A DNA stretch of 64,000 bases from Clostridia bacterium (lineage in GTDB: Bacteria; Bacillota; Clostridia; CAKSNL01; HGM11501), in the NCBI GenBank assembly GCA_045545475.1, contig JAZQAZ010000018.1, positions 32,001 through 96,000 of the forward strand, given 5' to 3'. The notes beneath the pieces were generated by a model that did no database searches, was not told where the DNA came from, and saw only the letters and a list, made by a program, of their open reading frames with translations. Shown here in pieces: positions 1-9,509 of the stretch; position 1 is the stretch's first letter, and every line of letters starts with the position of its first letter. The position numbers and the translations under genes are program-made.

Positions 1-534
1 AAGGTTGCCTTCTCCGGTGAAGTTTATATCGAGAGAGACGATTTTGCCTTGGTACCTCCTCCCAAGTTCCACCGCTTAAAGCCCGATGGGGAAGTGAGAC
101 TTATGGGTGCATACATAATTAAGTGCAACGAAGTAAAAACGGACGCAGACGGAAACGTAACGGAAATCCTTTGTACTGCGGACCTTGAGACAGCAAACGG
201 AAATCCCGTTGACGGAAGAAAGATAAAAGGTACAGTTCACTGGGTATCTGCTTTTCACGCAGTTGATGCCAAGGTAAATCTTTATGAGCATCTTTTCTTA
301 AAGGAAAATGTGGGAGATTTAGAGGAAGGCGAAAATTATCTTGATTACCTTAATCCCGATTCCTTAAAGACTTACGAAAACTGTAAGCTTGAAGAAAGCC
401 TCGGAGAAGCCCAAAAGGGCGACAAGTTCCAGTTTGTTCGTCTCGGTTATTTCTGCCGTGATTCCAAAGCTGACGGCATGGTATTTAACCGTGCGGTAAC
501 CTTAAAGGATACCTGGTCAAAACAGAATAAATAA
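1..534 (+). CDS. glnS: Glutaminyl-tRNA synthetase, C-terminal anticodon-binding part (5' end outside window)
   Basis: Motifs 'KFHRLKPDGEVRLMGAYII', 'RKIKGTVHWVS', 'FQFVRLGYF' and 'FNRAVTLKDTW' are typical of GlnRS; the frame is open from the window edge. Confidence 0.95.
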   Translation, partial: KVAFSGEVYIERDDFALVPPPKFHRLKPDGEVRLMGAYIIKCNEVKTDADGNVTEILCTADLETANGNPVDGRKIKGTVHWVSAFHAVDAKVNLYEHLFLKENVGDLEEGENYLDYLNPDSLKTYENCKLEESLGEAQKGDKFQFVRLGYFCRDSKADGMVFNRAVTLKDTWSKQNK

Positions 535-537
535 TTG

Positions 538-563
538 AAAGCGGCTTTTTTAAAGCCGCTTTT
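538..563 (+). terminator. Intrinsic terminator after glnS
   Basis: Hairpin aaagcggctt...aagccgcttt followed by a T tract. Confidence 0.8.
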
Positions 564-614
564 TGCAACCTTTTTGCTTTCTTGTTTGTATTAATAGTAA
601 AAGGAGGTATTTTT

Positions 615-2357
615 ATGAAAAAAGTATTGACATTAATTCTGGTATTTATTATGGTTCTTACCATGCTTACAGCTTTGGCGGAAGAGAAAAATATGCTTTC
701 CCGCGAAGATATTCCGCTATATAACGGCGGCGGACTTGACAGAATCGGAATATTAAAAGGAACGGAAAATGGCTTTGAGCTTGAAAGAGAAGTTACAAGG
801 GCCGAGGCAATAACTTTTATCAAGCGTACGCTTGCCATGGATGATGAAGCTTTTATGGCCTCTCCTTTTACAGATATAAAAGGTCATTGGGCGGAAAAAA
901 CAGTGGATATGTTTTACGATAAAGGCTATGTCGATGGCGTTTCGGATACTCAATTTGCTCCCGACAGAACCGTTACGGGACAGGAGTTTACAAAAATCCT
1001 TTTATCTGCAATGGGATATTCAGGCATATCTCTTGAAAATGCCCTGGAAAAGGGAGATAAGTACGACGTTTTATCAAATAACTTTACCAAAAGCGTGGTT
1101 AAGCAGAACTTTACACTTCTTCGAAGTGATGTTTTAAGAATAATCCACTCAGCCTTAAGTGCAAAATGTGCCGACGGGGTTATGACTTACGAAAAGCATA
1201 TTGAAAAAGGGCTTCTTGAAAGAGAAGATTTTAATGGCGTACTCTGGTGCGGAACTCCCGCAGCAAAACCTTTAAGCTTTGCCGATAAATTCTATAACAA
1301 AATTGAATCTGAGGAAAGCTATATGGTTTCGCCTTTTTCCGTCAAAATTGCATTGCTGCTCCTTGCAAACGGTGCGGAAGGGGAAACAAAAGAGGAAATA
1401 TTGTCATTGCTCGGAGTTGAAAATCTTACGGAATACAACGAAGAGATGAAAATTCTGACTGAGAAATATGCAAAGAGTAGAAGCTTTACCTTAAACAGTG
1501 CAAATTCTGTGTGGATGAATAAAGATAATACTAAACAGAATTTTTCGGATACATATAAAGAAACTGTAAGCAATTATTACGGTGCCGAAGTCATGGAAAC
1601 AGATAACAAAACGGCGGTAAAAACGATAAATGATTGGGTATCGGAAAAAACCAACGGTAAAATTAAAAGCCTTATCCAGAAGCCTGATTTTTACGCACTT
1701 TTGGTTAATGCCGTATACTTTAAAGCTTCCTGGCAGAATGAGTTTAATAAAGGTGCAACCTATAAAGATACTTTCCACGGAAAAGCGGGAGACAGAGAAG
1801 AAGATTTCATGCGAAGAACCGGTTATATGAATGTATTTTACAATGACGGTCTTAAAATTTTAGAGCTTCCTTATAAAAACCGCGTAGAGGAAACCGACGA
1901 AAACGGAATGTTTATGGGTGCTTACAGTGAGGACATCAACATAAGCATGTACATCCTTATGGGTGATGACAGAGTATCGGATGCAGATGCCCTGATTTCG
2001 GAAGAAGAACTTAAAAGCACCTACGTTTCACTTTATCTTCCGAAGTTTGAAACTGAAACCACATTAAATCTTACAGACGTTCTTAAAAGCCTGGGAATGA
2101 AGGTATCCTTCACAGAGGCAGCAGACCTTACGAAGATGTGCGACAGCGGAAATATGCAAGTTACCGACGGAATTCATAAAACCTATATAAAGGTGGATGA
2201 AAAAGGGACGGAAGCCGCGGCAGTTACCGGTATGATGGCGGGAGCTACCTCTGCAAAGCCTCCCGAGCCTGTAGAATTTAAATTCGATAAGCCTTTTACC
2301 TATGTGATAAAGGATAAAACATCGGGAGAAGTTCTTTTTATCGGCGAATATAAGTAA
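615..2357 (+). CDS. Secreted SLH-domain serpin (serine protease inhibitor)
   Basis: AGGAGG RBS before ATG 615; signal peptide; SLH motifs 'VTRAEA' and 'FTDIKGHWA...FAPDRTVT'; serpin motifs 'SPFSV', 'LVNAVYFKASW', hinge 'VDEKGTEAAAVT' and 'FDKPFTYVI'. Confidence 0.9.
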   Translation: MKKVLTLILVFIMVLTMLTALAEEKNMLSREDIPLYNGGGLDRIGILKGTENGFELEREVTRAEAITFIKRTLAMDDEAFMASPFTDIKGHWAEKTVDMFYDKGYVDGVSDTQFAPDRTVTGQEFTKILLSAMGYSGISLENALEKGDKYDVLSNNFTKSVVKQNFTLLRSDVLRIIHSALSAKCADGVMTYEKHIEKGLLEREDFNGVLWCGTPAAKPLSFADKFYNKIESEESYMVSPFSVKIALLLLANGAEGETKEEILSLLGVENLTEYNEEMKILTEKYAKSRSFTLNSANSVWMNKDNTKQNFSDTYKETVSNYYGAEVMETDNKTAVKTINDWVSEKTNGKIKSLIQKPDFYALLVNAVYFKASWQNEFNKGATYKDTFHGKAGDREEDFMRRTGYMNVFYNDGLKILELPYKNRVEETDENGMFMGAYSEDINISMYILMGDDRVSDADALISEEELKSTYVSLYLPKFETETTLNLTDVLKSLGMKVSFTEAADLTKMCDSGNMQVTDGIHKTYIKVDEKGTEAAAVTGMMAGATSAKPPEPVEFKFDKPFTYVIKDKTSGEVLFIGEYK

Positions 2358-2358
2358 G

Positions 2359-2387
2359 AAAAAGCTGGGCTATGCCCGGCTTTTTTA
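2359..2387 (+). terminator. Intrinsic terminator
   Basis: aaaagctgggc-tat-gcccggctttttt. Confidence 0.75.
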
Positions 2388-2456
2388 GTTGAATTACCAT
2401 ATAATGTATGTTATAATACATTATATGGATTTTGCCTGAGGTTAAGGGGTGATTTT

Positions 2457-3302
2457 ATGAAAGATAGCATCTGGAACGTTGGTGCATCAAGCTGTATACT
2501 TACGCCGGAGGAACATACGGAAGACGGATTTTTTAAATACAAAGAAGCGGGAATAAGGTTTGCCGAGCTTTCCTGCTGTCATAATCTATCGCAGATTGAT
2601 TTTTACAATAATCCCGAAAGAATCTTAAAAGCAGCAGAGGCAAACGGCGTTAAATTTACATCCTTTCATCTGCCATTTTCAAAAACCATCAGCTTTTCAA
2701 ATCCCGATAAAGAAGTAAGAGAAAAGGCTGTATTAAAGCTTAAAGAAACGGTGGATGCGGCATCTTCAATCGGAATAAATCTTATGGTTATGCACCCGTC
2801 CTGCTCAAATTACGAGTTTTATCCAGAGAGGGAACCGCTTATAGTACAGTGCCTTTATCACATCGGTGAGGTGTACGAATACTGTGAAAAGAAAAACATA
2901 ACCCTTGCCGTTGAAAATATGACAGGGAAGGGACTTTTGGGAACGCCTTTTGAAATGATAAGATGCCTCAAAGAATTCCCGGATATAAAAATCTGCTTTG
3001 ATGTAAATCATTGCTTTCACCTTACACCGGAGGACTACCTTGATGAGCTTATAAAAGCGGGATTTAAGGGAAGAATAGCAACGATTCACGCCTCGGACTA
3101 TTTTCTTAAAGAGGAAAAGCATCTTATGCCCGGAGAGGGAACTGCCGATTTTGCCGCAGTTACAAAAAAGCTTCGGGAAATGGAATATAAAGGTGTATTT
3201 ATGTATGAGGTATCGGGTGATAGAGAAAAAGGTGTAAGATACAGTCCGAAAGACGTAAAAGAAAATTTTGATACGGTCATTAAATCCGCCCTTTTGCATT
3301 GA
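2457..3302 (+). CDS. Sugar phosphate isomerase/epimerase (AP-endonuclease-2-type TIM barrel)
   Basis: Metal-binding motifs 'SFHLPF', 'LAVENM', 'CFDVNH', 'IHASD', 'HLMPGEG' and 'FMYEV'. Confidence 0.85.
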   Translation: MKDSIWNVGASSCILTPEEHTEDGFFKYKEAGIRFAELSCCHNLSQIDFYNNPERILKAAEANGVKFTSFHLPFSKTISFSNPDKEVREKAVLKLKETVDAASSIGINLMVMHPSCSNYEFYPEREPLIVQCLYHIGEVYEYCEKKNITLAVENMTGKGLLGTPFEMIRCLKEFPDIKICFDVNHCFHLTPEDYLDELIKAGFKGRIATIHASDYFLKEEKHLMPGEGTADFAAVTKKLREMEYKGVFMYEVSGDREKGVRYSPKDVKENFDTVIKSALLH

Positions 3303-3327
3303 CAAAAAGGCGGAAAAGTTGTATATT
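3299..3327 (+). promoter_or_regulatory. SigA-type promoter for the chr/sua5 gene cluster
   Basis: TTGACA-17 bp-TATATT. Confidence 0.65.
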
Positions 3328-3360
3328 ATAAGTTGATTTAAATGACGAGGAGACAGTGCT

Positions 3361-3915
3361 ATGAAAAAACTTTTGAACCTTTTTTGGGTGTTTTTCAAGA
3401 TAGGTGCATTCACCTTTGGCGGCGGATATGCAATGATACCGATTATTCAGAAGGAAGTTGTTGAAAATAAAAAATGGGTAACCGATGACGATATATTGAA
3501 TGTCATAGCAATTGCGGAATCTACCCCCGGACCCATTGCAATAAATTCAGCCACATTTATTGGCTACAAGGTGGCAGGAATCCTTGGTGCGGCGTGTGCA
3601 ACCTTGGGAGTTGTTATCCCTTCCTTTGTAATAATTACCATTATCGCATTTTTCTTAAATAAATTCAGTGAATATAAGGCTGTGCAGTATGCCTTTTACG
3701 GAATAAGAGCAGGGGTTTTGGCACTCGTTATAAAGGCTCTTATCACAATGTATAAGAAAATGCCGAAAACAGCCATTGCCTACGGAATTGCCGTTTTTGC
3801 ATTTGTTGCATCGCTTGTATTTGATATAATAAATATAAGCATTATATATGTAATTTTGGCCTGTGCCGTAATAGGGCTTGTTTCGTCCTTGATTAAGGTT
3901 AAGGAGGTAGAGTGA
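3361..3915 (+). CDS. Short-chain chromate transporter (CHR family), subunit 1
   Basis: 'FFKIGAFTFGGGYAMIP' and 'ESTPGPIAIN'. Confidence 0.92.
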   Translation: MKKLLNLFWVFFKIGAFTFGGGYAMIPIIQKEVVENKKWVTDDDILNVIAIAESTPGPIAINSATFIGYKVAGILGAACATLGVVIPSFVIITIIAFFLNKFSEYKAVQYAFYGIRAGVLALVIKALITMYKKMPKTAIAYGIAVFAFVASLVFDIINISIIYVILACAVIGLVSSLIKVKEVE

Positions 3916-3916
3916 A

Positions 3917-4498
3917 ATGGAACTTTTCGAGCTTTTTTACACCTTCTTTTATATAGGTATCGTAACCTTCGGAGGCGGCTATGCAATGCTTCCCCTTATC
4001 CAGAGTACAGTGCTCAGCAATGCTTGGATGCCACATGAACAGCTTGTTGACTTTGTGGCAATTTCTGAATCTACACCCGGTCCCTTCGCAATAAATATTG
4101 CAACCTATATCGGGGCGGAAAGATGTGGCATCCTTGGCTCTGTATGTGCAACACTTGGTGTTGTACTGCCGTCTTTTATAATAATATTGCTTGTTGCAAG
4201 AGTTTACGAAAAGTTTAACTCCAACAAAATTGTAAAGGGCGTTATGACAGGTCTTAAGCCTGCTGTAATAGGATTAATTGCATCGGCAGTTTTAACAATC
4301 GGAAAAACAGTTTTAATCCCCGATGTGACAACCTTTATGGGAGTATTTTCAAAGGATGTATTAAGCCTTGAGCTTTTGTGTTCACTCATAATTTTTGCTC
4401 TTGGACTTTTCCTTATCCTTAAAAAGAAAGCACATCCGATTTTGGTAATTGCGCTTTCTGCAACACTTGGAATTTTAGCCGGATATTTCATACTGTAA
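3917..4498 (+). CDS. Short-chain chromate transporter (CHR family), subunit 2
   Basis: 'TFGGGYAMLP' and 'ESTPGPFAIN'; tandem paralog of the previous gene. Confidence 0.92.
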   Translation: MELFELFYTFFYIGIVTFGGGYAMLPLIQSTVLSNAWMPHEQLVDFVAISESTPGPFAINIATYIGAERCGILGSVCATLGVVLPSFIIILLVARVYEKFNSNKIVKGVMTGLKPAVIGLIASAVLTIGKTVLIPDVTTFMGVFSKDVLSLELLCSLIIFALGLFLILKKKAHPILVIALSATLGILAGYFIL

Positions 4499-4509
4499 GG
4501 AACTTTTTT

Positions 4510-5505
4510 ATGATAACTGAGTATTTTGATATAAAACCTTTGGGAATTGAATACGGAAAGATAGATGAAGCGGCAAGAATTTTGCTCTCAGGCGGTCTTG
4601 TTGCTTTTCCTACGGAGACGGTATACGGGCTTGGAGCAGACTGCGAAAATAAAGATGCCGTAAAAAGCATATTTACAGCAAAAGGCCGCCCGATGGACAA
4701 CCCTTTGATAGTACACGTTTCTGATATGGCAATGTGCGAGAAATATGTTTCATATATCCCAAAAAAAGCGGAACTTTTAATGAACAAATTCTGGGGAGGT
4801 CCTCTCACCATCGTTATGAAAAGAAGCAAATATGCCATAGATGAAGTTACTGCAGGGGGAGACACCGTTGCAATACGTCTTCCTTCACATCCTGTGGCAC
4901 ACGCTCTTATAAAGGCTGCAGGAAAGGGGATTGCCGCACCCAGTGCAAATCTTTCAGGTAAGCCAAGTCCCACAACAGCAGAGCACGTGAAAGAGGATTT
5001 TGACGGTAAAATTCCCTGCATAATCGCAGGAGGAAAGGCAGAGCACGGTCTTGAATCCACCGTTATAGATTTAAGCGGAGAAAGACCAATGGTGCTTCGA
5101 CCCGGCGTTATAAGCCTTGATATGATTAAGGAGCTGCTTCCCGATGCCGTATACGGCGGAGGCGGGGAAGGAATCCCCAAAAGCCCCGGTATGAAATATA
5201 AGCACTATGCTCCTGATGCCAAGGTTATAGTTGTAAAAGGCGATATGAAAAAGGAAGCAGAAAACTGTTCCGGCAAGGTACTTTTTATGGACTATGAAGA
5301 TATGCGAGGCGAATACGAAGAAGATAGCTTCCTTTCTGTCGGAAATGATGACACGTCCTATGCGGCATCGCTTTTCTGGCTTTTAAGACTTGCTGATGAA
5401 AAGAAAGCAAAATTCGTTTTAGCAAAGGATCCTAGAGGCGGCGAGCCCGTTTCCGATGCTCTTTGTAACAGACTTTATAAGTCCGCAGGAGGCGATATTA
5501 TATGA
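4510..5505 (+). CDS. sua5: L-threonylcarbamoyladenylate synthase (Sua5/TsaC2)
   Basis: 'VAFPTETVYGLGA', 'KGRPMDNPLIVH', 'AAPSANLSGKPSPT' and 'PGMKYKHYAP'. Confidence 0.95.
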   Translation: MITEYFDIKPLGIEYGKIDEAARILLSGGLVAFPTETVYGLGADCENKDAVKSIFTAKGRPMDNPLIVHVSDMAMCEKYVSYIPKKAELLMNKFWGGPLTIVMKRSKYAIDEVTAGGDTVAIRLPSHPVAHALIKAAGKGIAAPSANLSGKPSPTTAEHVKEDFDGKIPCIIAGGKAEHGLESTVIDLSGERPMVLRPGVISLDMIKELLPDAVYGGGGEGIPKSPGMKYKHYAPDAKVIVVKGDMKKEAENCSGKVLFMDYEDMRGEYEEDSFLSVGNDDTSYAASLFWLLRLADEKKAKFVLAKDPRGGEPVSDALCNRLYKSAGGDII

Positions 5506-5933
5506 TTTTATTCGTATGCACGGGGAACACCTGCAGAAGCCCTATGGCGGAAGCTCTCTATAAAAGCATAACCGGAAAAAATGCAGAATCTGCAGGCTTA
5601 AGTGCGGCGCATAACGGAAAAGCAAGTGAGCATTCGGTTTCGGTTATGGCAAAGCGTGGTATTGATATAAGTAATCACATATCAAAACAGCTGGATTTTT
5701 CCATGTTGGAAGAAGCTGATACCATCATTACTATGACTGAAACACAAAGAACAATGCTTCTTTATTCCGCTCCGGAGTTTGCAAGAAAAATTTTTACAAT
5801 TAAAGAATGGGCAGGGAAATCGGGAGATGTATCCGATCCTTTCGGAAGAAGTGAAGAAGTTTACGAAGAATGTGCAAAAGAACTGGAGGAGCTTATCCGT
5901 GAAGGTGAAAAGCTACACCAAGAATTATTTTGA
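5502..5933 (+). CDS. Low-molecular-weight protein arginine/tyrosine phosphatase (YwlE-like)
   Basis: 'VCTGNTCRSPMAE' P-loop and 'DPFG'; follows sua5 as ywlE does in Bacillota. Confidence 0.9.
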   Translation: MILFVCTGNTCRSPMAEALYKSITGKNAESAGLSAAHNGKASEHSVSVMAKRGIDISNHISKQLDFSMLEEADTIITMTETQRTMLLYSAPEFARKIFTIKEWAGKSGDVSDPFGRSEEVYEECAKELEELIREGEKLHQELF

Positions 5934-6330
5934 TGCTCTTTATGAAATAGAGAAAGAAGCCTTTTCCGATTTCTGGAGTGAAAAAGGGATGAGAGAGGAA
6001 CTCTCGCTTTCTCAGGCACACTATTATGTGGCGGAGGAAGATGGGGAGATACTGGGCTTTGCGGGATTCTGGCTAATAATTGATGAGGCGGAAATAATGA
6101 AAGTTGCGGTAAAAAAGTCGCATCGGGGAAAAGGCATCGGAGATGCACTTCTTAAAGCGATAATTGAGGATTCTATATCCCTTGGTGCAAAAAAAATCCT
6201 TCTTGAAGTAAGGGAAGAAAACACCCCCGCCCGTAAGCTCTATGAAAAAAACGGCTTTATCTCTTATGCGGTGCGGGAGAAATATTACCAAGGCAAAGAA
6301 AATGCAGTTTTGTATAAAAAGAATTTGTAA
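5899..6330 (+). CDS. rimI: Ribosomal protein S18 alanine N-acetyltransferase (GNAT)
   Basis: GGAGGA RBS before GTG 5899; 'HRGKGIG', 'LEVREEN..ARKLYEKNGF' and 'REKYY'; adjacent to tsaD. Confidence 0.88.
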   Translation: MKVKSYTKNYFDALYEIEKEAFSDFWSEKGMREELSLSQAHYYVAEEDGEILGFAGFWLIIDEAEIMKVAVKKSHRGKGIGDALLKAIIEDSISLGAKKILLEVREENTPARKLYEKNGFISYAVREKYYQGKENAVLYKKNL

Positions 6331-6342
6331 AGGAAAGTTTGT

Positions 6343-7341
6343 ATGTTGATTTTAGGAATAGAAAGCTCTTGCGATGAAACTGCGGCAGCGGTTGTTAAGG
6401 ACGGTCGTGAGGTTTTATCGGATGTTATATATTCTCAGGCGGAAATTCATTCCAGATACGGAGGAGTTGTACCTGAAATTGCATCGAGAAGGCATATTGA
6501 AAAGGTGCTTTATGTGATAGATAAAGCACTTAACGATGCCAATGTGACGAAGGAGGATATTGATGCAATTGCTGTTACATGCGGCCCCGGGTTGGTGGGA
6601 GCACTCCTTGTGGGAGTTTCTGCGGCAAAATCCCTGGCAGTTGCATGGGGTAAGCCTCTTATTCCTGTGAATCATATAAAGGGGCATATTTCGGCTAATT
6701 ATGTGGCGTTTTCAAATCTTGAACCTCCGTTCATATGTCTTGTGGCATCAGGAGGACACAGCCATATCGTTCATGTAAAGGACTATACAGAAATGGAAGT
6801 TTTAGGTGCAACAAGAGACGATGCGGCAGGTGAAGCTTTTGATAAAGTTGCAAGGGTAATCGGACTGGGTTATCCCGGAGGACCAAAGGTGGATGCTGCA
6901 GCTAAAAAAGGAAACCCGGAAGCCTTTTCGTTTCCCAGAGCTAAAACGGGAGATGATTTCTCTTTCAGCGGACTTAAAACTGCAGTAATAAACACCGTAC
7001 ATAAAATGGAGCAAAAGGGAGAAGAAATTCCTGTTTTTGATATAGCCGCAAGCTTTCAACAGGCTGTAGTGGAGGTTTTGGTGGCAAATACGGTTCATCA
7101 GGCAGAAAAAGTGGGAACCGGAAAAATATGCCTTGCGGGCGGAGTTGCTTCAAATTCACTCCTTCGCAGTGAATTTGAGAAGGCGGCAAAGGAGAAAAAA
7201 CTGACGCTTTATTATCCTCCGCTCAGGTTTTGCACAGACAATGCAGTAATGATTGCTTCGGCAGGATTCTTTGCATATAATGCAGGAAATGTGGCATCAT
7301 CAGATCTTAATGCATATCCGGCGTTGAGCCTTGAAGAATAA
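6343..7341 (+). CDS. tsaD: tRNA N6-adenosine threonylcarbamoyltransferase
   Basis: '[11 protein letters not shown]', '[12 protein letters not shown]', 'NHIKGH', '[10 protein letters not shown]' and 'CTDNAVMI'. Confidence 0.97.
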   Translation: MLILGIESSCDETAAAVVKDGREVLSDVIYSQAEIHSRYGGVVPEIASRRHIEKVLYVIDKALNDANVTKEDIDAIAVTCGPGLVGALLVGVSAAKSLAVAWGKPLIPVNHIKGHISANYVAFSNLEPPFICLVASGGHSHIVHVKDYTEMEVLGATRDDAAGEAFDKVARVIGLGYPGGPKVDAAAKKGNPEAFSFPRAKTGDDFSFSGLKTAVINTVHKMEQKGEEIPVFDIAASFQQAVVEVLVANTVHQAEKVGTGKICLAGGVASNSLLRSEFEKAAKEKKLTLYYPPLRFCTDNAVMIASAGFFAYNAGNVASSDLNAYPALSLEE

Positions 7342-7378
7342 AAAAATCCGAAAGCCATTGGCTTTCGGATTTTTTTAT
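7340..7378. terminator. Bidirectional terminator between tsaD and the ROK kinase gene
   Basis: aaaaaatccgaaagcc-att-ggctttcggattttttt between convergent genes. Confidence 0.85.
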
Positions 7379-7381
7379 TTA

Positions 7382-8317
7382 TTAAAGAGCTGTTTTTTCC
7401 AGCATTGCGGCACCTACTATGCCAGCATCATTGCCGAGCTTTGCGGCAACAATTTCTGTTTCATAATCAAAGGCAACTTCTTCACGAAGCTTTTTACGAA
7501 GGGGGATAAGGAGGTTATCTCCTTCCTTACTGATACCGCCGCCTATTACAATAACGTCGGGGTATAAAATTCTTAAAAGGTCGCCGATGCCTATTGCCAG
7601 ATAGTTTATATATTCATCAACAACTTCCTGAGATGCATGGTCGCCCTGTTTTGCAAAATCAAATGCTGTTTTTCCGTTGATGTCGTTTATCGGAATGGAG
7701 TTAAGCAAAGAATCCGGGTGATTTATTGCTTTATGCTTGGTCATGTTGATAAGTCCGGATGCAGAGGCATAAGCTTCAAAACATCCGCGTCTTCCGCATC
7801 CGCAACGCTTTCCGCCTGCGGCAATAATTAAGTGACCGATTTCTCCGGCACCGAATCTATGACCGGTATAAACTTTGTTTTTAAGAATAATGCCGCCGCC
7901 TATTCCGGTTCCAAGGGTTACCATAACAGAGAAGTTTGCTCCGCTTGATGCACCGTATAAATGTTCAGCGTATGCTGCACAGTTGGCATCATTACCAACA
8001 AAGGTTTTAACTCCGGTGAGTTTTTCCATTTCTGAAGATAGATTAACTCCTGCAAGATTAAGGTTTGCAATCTGGAGAACAATACCGTTATCTGAGTCGA
8101 TAAGACCGGGGCTTCCGATACCGATGGATGAAAGCTCGCTCATTTCGATTCCATACTCGGCAACAAGCTTTTTCACAAGATTTGCCATATCGGCAATAAT
8201 TTCTTCTGAAGGTCTTTTCGCTCCTGCTGGAACAGAGTCTTTTATTAAAATTTTACCGTTTTCATCAACTAATCCTGCGGCAATATTGGTACCGCCTAAA
8301 TCAATCCCTGCATACAT
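7382..8317 (-). CDS. ROK family sugar kinase (possibly N-acetylglucosamine kinase)
   Basis: 'GIDLGGT', 'NDANCAA', 'TLGTGIGGG', 'GEIGH' and 'CGCGRRGCFE'; overlaps the nagA stop. Confidence 0.9.
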   Translation of the reverse strand: MYAGIDLGGTNIAAGLVDENGKILIKDSVPAGAKRPSEEIIADMANLVKKLVAEYGIEMSELSSIGIGSPGLIDSDNGIVLQIANLNLAGVNLSSEMEKLTGVKTFVGNDANCAAYAEHLYGASSGANFSVMVTLGTGIGGGIILKNKVYTGHRFGAGEIGHLIIAAGGKRCGCGRRGCFEAYASASGLINMTKHKAINHPDSLLNSIPINDINGKTAFDFAKQGDHASQEVVDEYINYLAIGIGDLLRILYPDVIVIGGGISKEGDNLLIPLRKKLREEVAFDYETEIVAAKLGNDAGIVGAAMLEKTAL

Positions 8318-9380
8318 AGTCTGTCAATCCTCCTATAATAGTTTCTTTCAAGTTAAGTTCACTGTCAAGCAGTATGATATCTGCGTCAAAGCCTTCCTTA
8401 AGCTCTCCTTTTTCATTGAGTCCTGCGTAAATTGCAGGAGCTTTTGTTGCGGCGTAGAAGGCGTCTTTTTCGGGAATACCCCAGCTTATAAGCTTTTTAA
8501 CACCGTATAGTGCTGAGTGAGAGCTTCCCGCAATGGTTCCGTCGGTAAGGCGGCATTCTCCGTCCTTCATGATTACGGCATGTCCGTCATAATCGTATTC
8601 TCCGTCGGGAAGATAAGCGGGATTTACCGAGTCGCTTATTACTATCATTTTTTTTCCGAAAGTTCTGTGAAGCATTTTAATTACTGATTTATGAACGTGA
8701 AGGCCGTCGCATATAATCTGAACCCAGGCATCAGCTTCGATTGCCGCACCGATTACACCGGGATTTCTGTGGTGTAGGGGAGGCATTGCATTAAAAGTGT
8801 GAGTAAGGCAATCGGCACCTTTTTCGATTGCATGGAGTGCTGTTTCATAGTCAGCGTCTGTGTGGCCGATTATAACCTTGCATCCGCAATTTTCTATGAA
8901 TTCATATGCACCGGGAAGCTCGGGGGCAATTGTAATCATCTTAACATTTTTGAATTTTTTAAGTTCTTCCAAAGAAGGATTTTTTATAAAATCTTCATTT
9001 TGGGCACCCTTATATTTTTTGTTTATGTAAGGACCTTCAAGATGAAATCCCATTATTCTTGCACCTTCATTAAAATCGGTTTTTTCATGGGTTACGTTTA
9101 TAAGGTCTTCTGTGGAAATTGTTGTGGTGGTGGGAAACCAGGCAGTAACACCGTGGGAGCTTTGATATTTCGAAAGCTCTAAAAGATGACCGCCGTTGGA
9201 TACGCTTGTCCCGAGTGCACCGTGAGTATGGATATCTATAAGACCGGGATAAGCTTTTTCTCCTTTTTTGTCTTCTCCGGGAAGATCGATTTTTCCGATT
9301 GACTCTATTTTACCGTCGGCAATCACTATATCCGTAAGCTTTTCATCTATCAAGACGTTTTTTAAAATTCGTTTTGTCAC
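8301..9380 (-). CDS. nagA: N-acetylglucosamine-6-phosphate deacetylase
   Basis: 'PGLIDIHTHG', 'GFHLEGPYI', 'THTFNAM', 'DGLHVH' and 'GTIAGS'. Confidence 0.93.
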   Translation of the reverse strand: MTKRILKNVLIDEKLTDIVIADGKIESIGKIDLPGEDKKGEKAYPGLIDIHTHGALGTSVSNGGHLLELSKYQSSHGVTAWFPTTTTISTEDLINVTHEKTDFNEGARIMGFHLEGPYINKKYKGAQNEDFIKNPSLEELKKFKNVKMITIAPELPGAYEFIENCGCKVIIGHTDADYETALHAIEKGADCLTHTFNAMPPLHHRNPGVIGAAIEADAWVQIICDGLHVHKSVIKMLHRTFGKKMIVISDSVNPAYLPDGEYDYDGHAVIMKDGECRLTDGTIAGSSHSALYGVKKLISWGIPEKDAFYAATKAPAIYAGLNEKGELKEGFDADIILLDSELNLKETIIGGLTDYVCRD

Positions 9381-9423
9381 TAAAAGACCTCCTTCGTTGA
9401 AAATGGGTATTGCCTTTAATGTA

Positions 9424-9492
9424 ATTATATGTTAAAATAATGCTATAATCAAGGAAAAATATTGCTGTTTTATGCAAATATATTGCTGTTTT
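9424..9492 (-). promoter_or_regulatory. nagA promoter with tandem AraC-type operator
   Basis: Minus-strand TTGATT(9452-9447)-17 bp-TATAAT(9429-9424); 13-bp direct repeat atattgctgtttt at 9459 and 9480 (21-bp period). Confidence 0.7.
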
Positions 9493-9509
9493 GTAAAAAA
9501 GGTGGTTTT

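Noticed and set aside
4488-5180. 230-aa antisense ORF (and similar shadow ORFs at 2805..3413, 7875..8510, 21131..21772, 35518..36063 and 46413..46931)
   Set aside because: They lie largely or fully opposite well-recognised genes, have no convincing RBS, and show the composition typical of antisense shadows
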